Of a stretch of DNA of 64,000 nt, positions 25,479 to 38,830 are shown one piece after another; the stretch's first letter is position 1, and every line of letters starts with the position of its first letter. Both the position numbers and the translations under genes were made by a program. The notes beneath the pieces were generated by a model. The model did no database searches and was not told the DNA's origin. It saw nothing but the letters and a program-made list of their open reading frames with translations. Source of the stretch: Eledone cirrhosa (Eukaryota); assembly GCA_964016885.1 (NCBI GenBank), contig OZ024740.1, positions 257,176,001 through 257,240,000 of the forward strand, in the 5' to 3' direction.

Positions 25479-27238
25479 CTTCAACCGCCATGTCCCTCCC
25501 CCCCAATATACCCACTACTAACACCACTAACACACTCCTCCCTTTCACCGCCCACCCCACAACTAACAATACTAACACCCCCACCCCACCCCAACCACCC
25601 TCCCACAACTAACAATACTAACATATTCCCCCTTCTGCCCCCCTCCCCATATCATGCACACTCCAACCGGTATATATATACACGCACTCACACTATCCAC
25701 ACACCCTACTACCACCACTAACCCACACCCCACAACTAATACCCCTAACATACCCCCGACCCCACGCACACGAACACACCCACTCACCCACACCCACTTA
25801 CACCACCCACTCTACACACCCTACCACCACTGACCCCCACTAACACACCCGCATTCAACCCTTTCCCCATCACTAGTATACTAACGCTCACTAACACTCA
25901 TCCAAACACGCACACACACACCAGTACACTACACTCCCTCCACGCCCCCTACACCTTTCTCTCCCTCTTCCCGCTCCACCCACACCCCTTCACACACACA
26001 GACACACATCCCACTAACACCTCTACTAATACACCCCCCCCGCACGACCCTTCCCCTACTCCAGCTTTCACGCCTACCCATCCTCTCCCCTGACCACCGC
26101 ACCTACGCACACACAGACACACAGCCCTCTCCACCTGTCATTCTCCTCTACCCTCCTCCTGCCTTGACCCTCTGACCACTTCCTGTTGCGCGCGCACCCG
26201 ACATCTCCCCTATACCGACCACACAACCACGGATTACACACATTGGCCATCGTTCCCACCATCCACTCCATCACAAGGAAAATATCCGGTAACTCAAAAC
26301 ACCCTCTACCTTAGGAACTTACCAACGGACATACACTCACAAACGTTTTTTTTCCTAGCACGCCACCTACTCCACAATACGTATAAACACCACACACACG
26401 TGCGTACCCCCACATATATACACACTCAGCCTCCGGAATCCTCTACCCCCTCCCCCACCCCGCTGACCCCCCATCCACACGCGCACACACACACCGGCCT
26501 ACACCCCACCCTACACACACACATTTTCCTGAACATGGAACCTCGTTCTTCCTCCAACTCTCACATTCACATACACACACACACGTACACCTACACACAT
26601 ACACCACCTTCAGTCCTCCCCGTTCGGACACCCCGCCTCCCTCTCCCCACTCGACCCGCCGCCACCCCTACACGCCACACACCCTTCCACCACTTGTTTA
26701 TCTTCATGTTTATTTTTATTTTTTATTTTTTTATATTTATTTTTATTTGTACCCCTTCCACCGTTTTTCCTCCTTTTCCTACCCTCCCTTTTTTCTAAAT
26801 GTCTTTCCCCCACTCCCCTACACACCCTACAAACTCATATAACTTTAATTTGGGGGAAATATATTCTAAGTATATATCTTAATAATACGTGTATTTACGA
26901 TTATTAGTTGTTTAAAATTCGTTCTAATATATTTTCTGTTATAAGTAGATAAATAAATAAATAGATGGGTATATCATGTTATAGATAATTTTTTTAATGA
27001 GTTATGAGGGAGATTGGTTTTGTATTTAATGTAAGTAAATATTAAGTTAAATTAAATTAAATTAACTGAGTTAATAAGAATATTTATATTTATATATTTT
27101 AAAATGGGAAGATGAATAAAGGACTCTATTCATCTTCAACTTATCATTTTCCTCTTTATTAATATACTCCACCATCCTTGTTTTTAGGAAGTAATATGAC
27201 GTTGAGTGCTAGATCTGAATTGCATCCTTGCATACCGA

Positions 27239-27271
<33 letters not shown>

Positions 27272-27439
27272 GGCGGGGGGGTATATGTGTGTGTGTATGT
27301 ATATATATATTTATAGATATATAGATATATGTGTGTGAGTGTGTGTGTATATATATGTGTACATAGCTATGTTTATGTATGGATGTATGTGTACTTATAG
27401 TTATATGTGTGTGTGTGTGTGGGGGGGGATATGGTGGGA

Positions 27440-27750
27440 TGGACCTAACATATTGAAATATAGGATTCTGACAGGTCCAACTTGAAGGTGTGTTCGAGGA
27501 CGGAGTCCTTGCGGTTTTCGTTTTGCCGCTCTGTTCTTTGTGTTTAAATTCCACCAAGGTCAACTTTACTTTCATCAAATCGTGGTCAATAAAAAATGTA
27601 CCAGTCTATTTTTCTTCTATATCTCTCTCGCTTCCTTTCTTTCTCCCTCTCTATCTCTCCTTCTCTGGAAGAAATCTGCGCTCCTCTATGTTTAAAAACT
27701 GCACTAAAAGAGCCGTATGTCAATACTGAGTCACGGGACCATATCATATG
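27440..27750 (+). mobile_element. Old SINE remnant plus flank, inverted homolog of about 39415-39725
   Basis: AAATTCCACCAAGGTCAACTTTAC..AAAAATGTACCAGTCTA and flank CGTATGTCAATAC..ACGGGACCA match the reverse complement of 39420-39470 and 39585-39645. Confidence 0.6.
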
Positions 27751-27967
27751 TACATCTCTGTATATACATACATGACAAAACAAATCTAAAGTGACTACTT
27801 CACTGAATTCTTTCTCTTCCAATTGTTATCAGAATAGAACTTAAGAAAAATATATTGAATTCTGTCTTGTTGGCTCTCGTTCAAAATTTTCGAATCGCGG
27901 TTATGCTTTTTTTTTATTATGCTAATCCGACAAACACAGATACTCACACACACACACATACACACAC

Positions 27968-28208
<241 letters not shown>

Positions 28209-28285
28209 GTTAAAAGAATAGAGGTGTAACACACAAGTTATTATATATTGGTAGCAATCAGCACGGACACTCTATCTCAAAATTA

Positions 28286-28323
28286 TTTTTGAAAAGCATT
28301 TAGAAATGCGCAACCGGTAAAAA
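28286..28323 (+). ncRNA. Minimal hammerhead, U3:A8 variant, one core mutation
   Basis: TTT-TTGAAAA-GCATTT/AAATGC-GCAAC-CG-GTA-AAA. The module shares its 3' end with the palindrome at 51975-52130. Confidence 0.5.
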
Positions 28324-29919
28324 CTTAAAAACTTAAAACCACAACTGAATACTAACCCATACAATCACTAATACTCTTTTATTCCTAATTAAACCATTTT
28401 TCAACTGTGAACAATTTGTCAGCATTTTCTATTCCGTTTACCAATATATATATATATATATATATATAAGTATTGAAGTTTCCGTTGAAAATTGAAAAAG
28501 TCATAGGAGTGATGAGTGCTCTATGTAAGTACCAGAGCAAAATTTAATGTATAATAAACAATACAATATAATTACCTCTTTACCAGAGGTTTCCCGAATA
28601 AGACGAATACGAAAAACGTCCTCATTCGTTCGTCGGACAAGGCAATTTAAAACATAGTGAAATATTTGGAAAGTCTCCTCAAGAAATGCAAAACATATAT
28701 AAATAAAAGTAATGAAAGAAATATATACAATAATATAAGGAAATATAATTAGGGTATGTGTATATGTATGTATATACACTCACAAATGTACATATGTGAG
28801 TATGTACAAATGCATGTGTATGGTGAAAATGTGTGCGTAGCGTAAGTACATATATGAGGGCAAGTATATTTGTGTATATGTGACCAAAAATACGTATATA
28901 ATATGAGTTGAAAAAGAAATTGTATGAAAATATAGTTGACACGCATCCAGATACAGGTATTAAATACACATACGAGTATGAAAGCACGCGTATAAACACA
29001 CACACACACACACACACTTATATGCGGAAGATAAAGAGGGAAGGGAGTGTAATAGTAAAAAGAAGTGTCATTCTCGATATATGTATAGAAATGAAACAAT
29101 ATATGAGAATGAAAAAAAAATTTAATCAAAGAGAAAGTGATCAATTAACACAAGAGAAAAGAAAACATAGGTACGCACGTACATACACATATATAGATAA
29201 AAAAATATTTATACACACAAATACGTACAGACAAAAGCGCATGCATGCGTACATACATACACACGAGGCACGTATATATATATATCGCCCCATGTATATC
29301 TAATCACACGTACGTACGCGACTATATTTATATATATATACATATACATACACACCCATACATACATATACATATATACACATATACATACACATAAACA
29401 TACATTCACCCGCATACACACACACGTAAAAATAAGAATGTAAAAACCATAGATATAAAAAAACATAGATATAAAAACACACACACACACACATATATAT
29501 ACGTACGCACGCACACATACGGAGGCGTTCGTATACATATACAGAACGTATACACACATAAGCACATTCAGACACATAGATACAGATTATAAATCAGCCA
29601 TATGAATAAATGAGTACAAATATAACATCAGCTGCGAAACAACATAATATATCTGGCGTGGAAAACACAAATGACAGTGATATCAGGCAGTGAAAGAAAA
29701 TGGGGAAGTAAAATGTGGAATGTGAAGATATTAAGTAAGTGAATCGAAAAGTAGGGGTGGGGGTTACTGGTGGATGTGAAGTAAAAATAAAAATAAAATT
29801 TAAAATAAAGTTAAAAATGAAAGTAAATCAGAAAGAGAAGTCTGTGAAGAGGATACTTTAAGGAAAGTGAAGAATAAGAGTTTATGGAGGATAAGTATCT
29901 GAAAGTGAGTTAAGTTTAT

Positions 29920-30574
29920 ATGAGCTGGAAAGCAAGTGTGATTTCATGTGTGGGCAACTGGTGAACATTTCTGTTTTTGTATTTAGGCAGGTTTTTGGTG
30001 ATTTAAGGTTCTGTAAATCAAATATTTTTCACTTATGCAGAGTATGCATCTTCTTGTTCCTCTTGTATATTCTTTAGATTGGTTCAAAATTCACCAATCC
30101 AATTTATATTGGATTCCCTGGTGTTTCAAATCCCATATTCTGCTAGCCAGAGCTGTTGTGAATCTTTATGCTGGATGTCGGAAAGATGCGACATGTGAGT
30201 AATAACGCGTTTTGAATTTGTCTTGTGTCATACCCATATATCGTTTGCTGGTGGCTGGTTTGTTGTTGCTGATGGTTGTCACTTTAGCCGCATATACAAT
30301 GGCTTTGGTGTTGCATTTACCTTGTAATGGGCATTCACTTTTGACTCTACAGGAGCAATTTTGATGTTCTCTGGGTGATTTCTTATTGATGATATAAAAT
30401 TTAATAGGGGGACCGGAGGAGTAGCGAATTGTGACACAGTTTCTATTGAAGATCTTAGAGTATCTATGTGTTCTAGGGAAATGTTTATCTAAGAGCTCTA
30501 GGAATGTTTTGCCTACATTAGTTTTAACTGCTAGAGAGTAGGGGGTTTGAACCAGATTATTTTTCTTTTCCTAT

Positions 30575-30576
<2 letters not shown>
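29920..30576 (-). pseudogene. Naiad-type PLE 3' fragment (thumb/linker + GIY-YIG endonuclease)
   Basis: Manual minus-strand translation [88 protein letters not shown]..CPH. 5'-truncated at (TA)n. Missing from the ORF track. Confidence 0.85.
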
Positions 30577-30669
<93 letters not shown>

Positions 30670-30702
30670 TGAAAAATGGCGTGCTATGTTGTTGCGCATG
30701 TG

Positions 30703-31161
30703 ATACATATGAAGTGAAAATTAGAAAGAGAAGCCGGGACTATCCTTCATCAGTGATATACTAACCATCATAGATATTTCTTCGCATTAAAGATCAGATA
30801 CCTCCGGCCAGCTCGAACAATAACTAAAATAAGTTATTGGGGTAATTCTTTTCTCGCTCACTTTTCGCACGGTACGGATGGTCTTTCGTCTTCTCGTCAA
30901 TGTTCGCAAGTTCTTGTGTTCAAATGAATCACTGACTTGATTTTCTCATTTTTCCTCTCTTTACGTTGTCTCACCATTCTTGTTTGTTCACCTGTCTCTC
31001 TTTCTCCACCCAATTCTTTTATCCCAATAACTTATTTTAGTTATTGTTCGCGCTAGCCGGAGGTATCTGATCTTTAATGCGAAGAAATACCTATGATGGC
31101 TAGTAGATCACTGATGATGGATAGTCCCGGTTTCTCTTTCTAATTTTTACTTCATATGTAT
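30703..31161. mobile_element. Fold-back module of family F1, arms 30703-30841 / 31023-31161
   Basis: About 140-bp inverted arms, each containing CACTGATGA.GGATAGTCCCGG. TA-flanked. Confidence 0.85.
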
Positions 31162-31404
31162 ATATATATATATTTACACATACATACGCACCTGTGTCAT
31201 TCAGCTTGTGCATATGTATGGGTAATGAGGTATGTAAGGCAATCTCTAATTATTTTGTCCCCTACTGGAGCAACCTTTTTACCAGAATGCAAATAATAAT
31301 AATAATAATAATAATAATGAAAATAATAATGACAATAATCCAAGTATAAAAAAATAATAAAACAGAATGTAAAAATAATATCTCTCGAAATAAAATGGGA
31401 GAAA

Positions 31405-31650
31405 AATACACACACGTACATACACAAACACTGGCACATACATACACACACACACACACACAGATACATACACACACACATATACACGCACACGCACTCA
31501 CATACACACACAAACACACGTACATACACAAACACACACGCACACACACTTACGCACAAACACTGGCACACACATGTAGATACACAAAGACTTTCACACA
31601 CACACATACACACACACACTCACTCACATACACATACACACGCACACACA

Positions 31651-31693
<43 letters not shown>

Positions 31694-31755
31694 ACATACA
31701 CAAACACTCACGCACAAACATACCTACGCACTCACACACACTGATGCACACACAA

Positions 31756-31786
<31 letters not shown>

Positions 31787-31840
31787 AACATACACACAAA
31801 CACACACACACGTACATACAGAAACACTTACACACATACA
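31405..31840. repeat. Degenerate (CA)n low-complexity tract
   Basis: Directly visible. Confidence 0.95.
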
Positions 31841-33111
31841 TTCGTAGAAGGAAGGACAGTAAATGAAGGGAAAAAATTACATCTAAAACACAAACACAAG
31901 AAATCTACAAAAACAAAAGATTAAATGACAAGTAAAAAAAAGTAATAAAGAGAGAAAATGGACAAAAACAAGTTAAAAAGAAAGCGGGGGAAATAATATC
32001 ATTAAAAGAGATGTGAGACATAATGGCTAATATGAGAATGGTAGAATCTATCTAATAAGAACTGGTCCAATTTATTTGAAGATATAACGTCCATTATGTT
32101 GCGCTAAGATTCTGATATTTATTCTATTTTGGGGAGGAAGTGTAATTGCTTATATAAATGAATTTCATATGAAATGAAAGGGAACTCACATTACTTCAAT
32201 GGAAATTATACACACACACACACACGCATACACATTGTGTTTGTGTGTGTGTGTGTGGGGGGGGGTGGACTCGGACGTGTTTTCCTTACACACCACGGCC
32301 ATATATATAAAAAAAAAGATATATATATATACATGTATATATATATATAATATATATATATACATATATATATATGTAGGTATATAAATATATATGTATA
32401 TGTATATATAATATATATATATACATATATATATATGTAGGTATATAAATATATATGTATATGTATATACATATATATACATATATGTATGTATATAGAT
32501 ATATTTATATTTATATATTTATATACCTACATACATATATATATATATGTAAATACAAACAGCTATATTTATAAACCTAAGCCCATATATAAATAGTGTA
32601 TACCTATTGTTACAAATATGAAAGTGTACATATACGTATGTGTGGGGTGGAGGATTACAAATATGTGTTTTTATACATGTAAGCATACGTGCCTATATAT
32701 ATATATTTGCACACATAGATAATACAATACAGCACCCATATATAATATATAATATATAATATATATGCGTGTATGTATGTGTGTGTGCGTGTGTGTGTGC
32801 GTGCGTGCATGTGTGTACGTCATGTTGTTAGTATGATTGCATTTTTACTCATTTATGTCTGTTGTTTCTATCTGTGCCAAGATTGATATATATACCTTAT
32901 AGAAAAATAAAACAAAAGTAGATAGAAATTTACGGTAAGTCCTATGAAGCAATATTTCCGTAAAGTCTATTAATATAACGGAATTTGAACAAACACTCAG
33001 AGACATACACCCCACCGCACACCCACACACACACACCCACATATATATACTTATATATATATATATATATAATATATTATATATATATATTATATATTAT
33101 ATATATATATA

Positions 33112-33197
<86 letters not shown>

Positions 33198-33769
33198 AAA
33201 TACACACGTATTTATATATATATATATACACACACACATATATATGTATGTGTTTCTGTTGATGTATTGTTGAAAGTACGTCAGTTCTGCCGACGTATGT
33301 TCGAGTTGTCTAAACCAACTGAAGAGACGTCTTCAATTAACGTGCAATTTGGTAACAGGCATTCAGCATATTCGTTTACATTTAATGTAATTCTCAGCAT
33401 GGCACAATGTTTGTGAATGCTAGCACTTCGAACGCATATTCTCCAAGAAATATTTGATAGTCAATAATTCATTCTTTATATGAAACATAATATCTAACTA
33501 TGTGTCTCTGTTTAGTGGTGGTTGTATTATTTCAACCACCGAAAATTATGAACCAAGTCGCATTAGAATAAAATCATCATCAAAATGTCATTTTCCCCTT
33601 TCTAAGCAACTCCTTACCCAATCACCTAGAATTATATATATGTATATATATATTCAATAATGTATGTATATGTTTTTAATAAATTACTTGGAATTGTAAA
33701 CTTAACTCAGTGAAACCCAATACAATTTTGAGGACTGCCATAAACCTCGAATATATACACATACATTTC

Positions 33770-34232
33770 CTGTTTCAAGGCTCTCTGCGTTTAAATCCGA
33801 CCGAGGATAAGGGCTGATCTAAGGAAGATTTACCCGCTAATTTTATCAGATCGCGCAACAGTATAGAGCTCCGTTTCTCCAAGCTAATATTGCTGAAGCG
33901 CTGCTCATTAAGTCAGCTCGACCTGTTAAATACAGCAGCCAAATCTCGCTTAGATCACCCTCTACCGTTTTAGGAAGGGCATATCATAGAACACATATCA
34001 TAATGGGTCTGTTGATTTGGCGTTCATCTGATGCTAAATGACAACAAAGAATGATTTATTTAATTACTATTTACGACAAACTTTCACGGAAATCACACCT
34101 TTTATAAAAGAAAGGAAACACTGGACACTCTAGTAATAGGCATAAAACAGATAGGACGATTATGGATGGTATAACATAGGTGTGTTGATTCTGCTACTAT
34201 GGTGCTAAATAACAATAACATCAGCAACAACG
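33770..34232 (+). mobile_element. Old SINE-like repeat remnants of a second family
   Basis: GACCTGTTAAATACAGCAGCCAAATCTCGCTTAGATCACCCTCTACCG and two TGCTAAAT.ACAA tails. The reverse complement motif TTCGGCTGCTATCTCTA occurs at about 19476. Confidence 0.5.
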
Positions 34233-34780
34233 AATGCATGTTTATAAATAAATCAAAAGTATCCCCCTTACCCTCCCCCCAAAAAAGTTTGCTTTCTCAT
34301 AAGCTTTACTATATAATAATATACTTCTAAAAACAGAATTGGAATCTTGAAGTATGCACAGAACTTCACAATATATTTCAACTCCATAGAGAATCCATGT
34401 CAAATCTCAGAAGAAACAAAACCTGCTATTAACTCACTTAGTCATAAGGGATTCCAAGTAAAATTCAAAAATATTTCTGAAATGTAAAAATAATTGCCTC
34501 GGAAGAATTAAATGATGAACAAGGTTCGGAAACGGAAACTGGTTCTTGATGCTACGCAGTAATGTCATAAAAGTTGGACACATTAGAAAAAATGTGATAA
34601 TTGAAAAAATATGGTTATGCTAGTGGAATGTAGTCTGTTAAAAGAACTCTGTGAACAATAAAACTGCTTGGTGGTGTAACAAAACACGAACATTTTACAG
34701 CAGGTTCTGAATGTGAAATGAAATGGTTTCTCTTGAAACACATTTCAGTGTATAAATAATGTAAAAAGGAATATATAAAC

Positions 34781-34930
34781 ATATTAAACTTAAGCCAAAA
34801 TCTCGATTAGGCCGGATACAAACTAGACCGACTAAAATGAGTCAGTTTTACTTATGTGAGTAAAGCTGACGTATTTTGGTAAGTCTAGCTGGTATACCCA
34901 CAAATCGAGATTTTGGTTTAAGAATAATAT
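34781..34930. repeat. 150-bp imperfect palindrome (MITE-like)
   Basis: CTTAAGCCAAAATCTCGATT / AATCGAGATTTTGGTTTAAG outer arms and TCAGTTTTACTTA / TGAGTAAAGCTGA inner arms. Confidence 0.8.
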
Positions 34931-35021
34931 TTTTAATTGCTTCCCTGTGTTAATAATTTTATAGTATATTGTGTCGTTTCATTGACATGTCTAAGTACTA
35001 GAGACAAATAAAATTTTAATT

Positions 35022-35052
<31 letters not shown>

Positions 35053-35215
35053 GTATATATATGTATATACATGTATATATGTATATGCATGTATGTATAT
35101 ATTACACACACACACACACGCATATATATATATATGAAAATGTGACAGCGCCGCATTGTGTGATACTACAGTCACTGACGGCGACGCTGCACACCGATTT
35201 CTAGGCACGGAGCGG

Positions 35216-35322
35216 AAACCTGTTGATAACGTTTCGGTCTACAAATGCCACAAACTTGCATATTGTGCAAGTTGGATTGTTGATTTTGGATTTACAGAAA
35301 CCAATCGAAACGGTCCAGGTTT
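35216..35322 (+). ncRNA. Type I hammerhead, U3:A8 variant, with hairpin inserted in domain II
   Basis: Stem I AAACCTG/CAGGTTT, TTGATAA 35223-35229, inner hairpin AACTTGCAT/GTGCAAGTT, GAAACC..GGTC. The basal stem II pairing is poor. Confidence 0.6.
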
Positions 35323-35545
35323 GTTATTTAACCTGATTGTATTTTCGTTGTTGTGGTGGCTTTTTTGGCTTTGTCTCCACAGTTTTCCCTTTGTCAAACT
35401 ATTTAATGTATGTTTATTAATCTAAAATGTAACTTATCGATTTATCGATACCTTCTTAATCAGTGCTTCGTGCAAAGCTCCGTATATTGTTTTCTTTCGT
35501 GGAAGCTGGCCGAGCGCCTCAACTTCGATTTTGCTAACTTCCACT

Positions 35546-35657
<112 letters not shown>

Positions 35658-36301
35658 AACTAGAAATTGATTGACATATCAATATATCTAAAATAAACAT
35701 ATGAAACAATCACAGGGGATAATTGGTAAAAGTGTGTAAGCACACACAGCTATGTGGGTAACTAAATAAGGTTTAATTAGAACTTCAAAAATAGATACCT
35801 TATAAGTTGATTAATCTTCCTTGTATATATTCCATTAAAGAAATATATTTAACCAATTAATCGATTGGTAAACGACAGTAGCCAGATACTGGATTTTCAA
35901 CAAGGAAGAGGACTAACTATCTGTGTTTATACATCAAATTCAAATCAGCGACTGGCCAGTAACACCTGCTGTATTTACTAAAAATACACACATCGTACCA
36001 GCTTTGTCCCAGGACGGCATGTATATGTGAAGTTATGTATATTTCCTCTGATAATCTGTAATATTTTTACATAGATCTATATGATATACATACCAACACA
36101 CATCATGCATTTGTTAATATAAGGAACTTGTTCTTTGTGTTTATTTCATTGTTTTTATTAATTTATCTTGACTCTGTTTTCCTATGATTTTTATCGTAAA
36201 TTTTTGAATGTATCTTCTCTTTTCACGATATCTTCAATATATGGATTACATTGAGTTCTTCATACGGATTGGACAGTACCGTATATTTTGGTAGATTTAT
36301 C

Positions 36302-36372
<71 letters not shown>

Positions 36373-36747
36373 GAACAAAACACAGGAGGCATTTGTACAC
36401 AATTATATTAGGTTCACGCTTGGTAGAAGGGGAGGAGGTTTTAACCTTTCGGACATGAGTCATTCATCAATAATCTTCGGACGGGGTGGAGAAGGGAGAA
36501 GTGGTAGAGGAGGGATGCAAAATACTCAGCGTCTAGGAGAAAAAGGCTCCTATATGTATATATATATATATAGTAATATTTATATTTATATTTATATATA
36601 TTTGATATAACTATAAATATGTAGGGTAGTACTAAGTACTAGCCGGTTACCGGTATGACAAAAAGCTCAATGCAAAATGCTCAAGTGTTTTACAGAGTCG
36701 AGATACAAAGTGTTAAAACGATCAAATTTTAGTTTATAACATTTATT

Positions 36748-36793
36748 AGCTGACAATTGTTTCTTCCAGAGGGAAGTCTAGAATCATCAGATC
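36748..36793 (-). ncRNA. Minimal hammerhead (mirror copy of 37624-37669)
   Basis: Minus strand CTGATGA..TTCC..GGAA-GAAAC-AATT-GTC. Confidence 0.6.
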
Positions 36794-37623
36794 ATAAGGA
36801 ATGTCGAAAACGTGTAACTAGAATCCTAGTTATTTAGAACATTTAGGGTACATAGTTGTTATTAGTGTCAAAGACATCATGTGGAGACTCAGGAGTTAAA
36901 AAGATGTTCCACTTGAAATAACACAATTACAGGCAGCACGTTAATACAAACCTTAGAAAAGATAATTTACAGATAAAGAATGCATAAGATAATATACCTA
37001 CAATAACAACATGGCCAGTAATTCGGTGGGATTTACATTTAAAAAACAAACACCTATTGACTATAAACGACTTAAAATAATCCCATGGTCAATAGCTGTG
37101 AGCAACAAACAACACATACACATACATACGAACTACAACACAAAATGACTTAAATGAAAATCACATACCCAACTCTATCTAGTGCTTTACATTTCACCTT
37201 ACATAAAAAATACCTACATTATCAACACATGCCTCTAACAAATTGCACACTATCTTAAATGTTTATAACAAATATAACATGCTTTAACACCCCACACAAA
37301 ATATGTTTATTTCAACTGCATTATAACTCTTTCCTCATACATGCATTATTGACTGTATTGACTCCTGCATTGTACACTAATTGTCCTTGTTTATAACTTC
37401 TTTCCCTGTATTTTTTTGCTTGTGTTTTTTTTGCTTGTGCTTTTTACTTTTACTTATACCTATTACACTTCCAACCAGTGCTGCCTGTAATTGTGTTATT
37501 TCAAGTGGAACATCTTTTTAACTCCTGAATCTCCACATGATGTCTTTGACACTAATAACAACTATGTACCCTAAATGTTCTAAATGACTAGAATTCTAGT
37601 TACACGTTTTCGACATTCCTTAT

Positions 37624-37669
37624 GATCTGATGAATCCAGACTTCCCCCAGGAAGAAACAATTGTCAGCT
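37624..37669 (+). ncRNA. Minimal hammerhead with palindromic stem III
   Basis: CTGATGA 37627-37633, TTCC/GGAA, GAAAC-AATT-GTC (ACAATTGT palindrome), followed by AATAAA. Stem I is imperfect. Confidence 0.65.
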
Positions 37670-37705
37670 AATAAATGTTATAAACTAAAATTTGATCGTT
37701 TTAAC

Positions 37706-37759
<54 letters not shown>

Positions 37760-37872
37760 TATGAAACGAAAGGAGCTGTGTGGTTACTAAAAACAAGGTT
37801 TCGGATGGTGGTTAGGACGCAACAGGAGAAGAAAGGAAGAAAGGAGTTTCCATCGTCAGCTGTAAATGTATC

Positions 37873-37949
<77 letters not shown>

Positions 37950-38061
37950 TATATATATATATGTAATATATGCATGTATATATATATATATACACACACA
38001 CATATTTATAAATATGTGCATGTGGGTGTGTGTGTTTATGTGCGTGTGTATGTGTGCGCGT

Positions 38062-38098
<37 letters not shown>

Positions 38099-38398
38099 TA
38101 CATGAGTCGTATATATAACGTTTATACAACTAGAATCACAAAATACCTCATATGTGACATATTAAGAAGTTTGTTTTCTGTGCCGGAAGTATATTCCAGT
38201 ATTTTTTTATTTACCACTAAGGGTGCCGTATATATACATATATATATATGTGTGTGTGTGTGAGTGTGTATGTGTGTATGAGTGTGTATGTGTGTGTGTG
38301 TGTATGAGTGTGTGTGTGGGTATAAATGGGTGTGCCTGTGTCTGTTTTGAATTTGTATATATGTATATAAATACATATATGTATATCTATCTATCTAT

Positions 38399-38489
<91 letters not shown>

Positions 38490-38536
38490 GGTGTGTGTGT
38501 ATATAAGTATATGTATATCCACACACACACACACAC

Positions 38537-38575
<39 letters not shown>

Positions 38576-38730
38576 GGATTCGGGATCCCAACGGCCGAGC
38601 TCCTTCCGTTTCAACAGCTAGATCCGATTGGATACACACACAAACACACAAACACATATATATATAGAAGAGCGAGGACAAGTGGTAGAGGGAAGAATAG
38701 AGAAAGTATGTAGGTGTGTGTGTGAGAGAG

Positions 38731-38830
<100 letters not shown>

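Larger units (their letters stand above)
21846..26830 (+). mobile_element. Neptune-type Penelope-like retroelement in partial-tandem pLTR arrangement
   Basis: Direct repeat about 21850-22198 / 26490-26829. RT motifs IKPADKG, GRPIVSAC, LFTLDIKSLYTVIPH, MGIRMSPNYANLFVG; linker CSRPRCNTC; GIY-YIG NLVYGLRC..YVVQTGRRLVDRFTEH. Confidence 0.92.
36707..37710. mobile_element. 1-kb fold-back module, arms 36707-36940 / 37478-37710, hammerhead in each arm
   Basis: About 233-bp near-identical inverted arms. Ends at (TA)n. Confidence 0.9.

Noticed and set aside
21846-26830. LTR retrotransposon suggested by terminal direct repeats
   Set aside because: No gag, protease, integrase, PBS or TG..CA ends; RT and GIY-YIG identify a Penelope-like pseudo-LTR.
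30095-30170. In-frame TGA in the Naiad-type fragment as possible selenocysteine
   Set aside because: The TGA is not at a cysteine position (W-*-I-L), a TAA is nearby, and no SECIS was recognised.
33250-34700. Possible host exons (minus frame ..[36 protein letters not shown], plus-strand frames near 34390)
   Set aside because: No recognisable homology, no convincing splice-site pair, and frequent stops.
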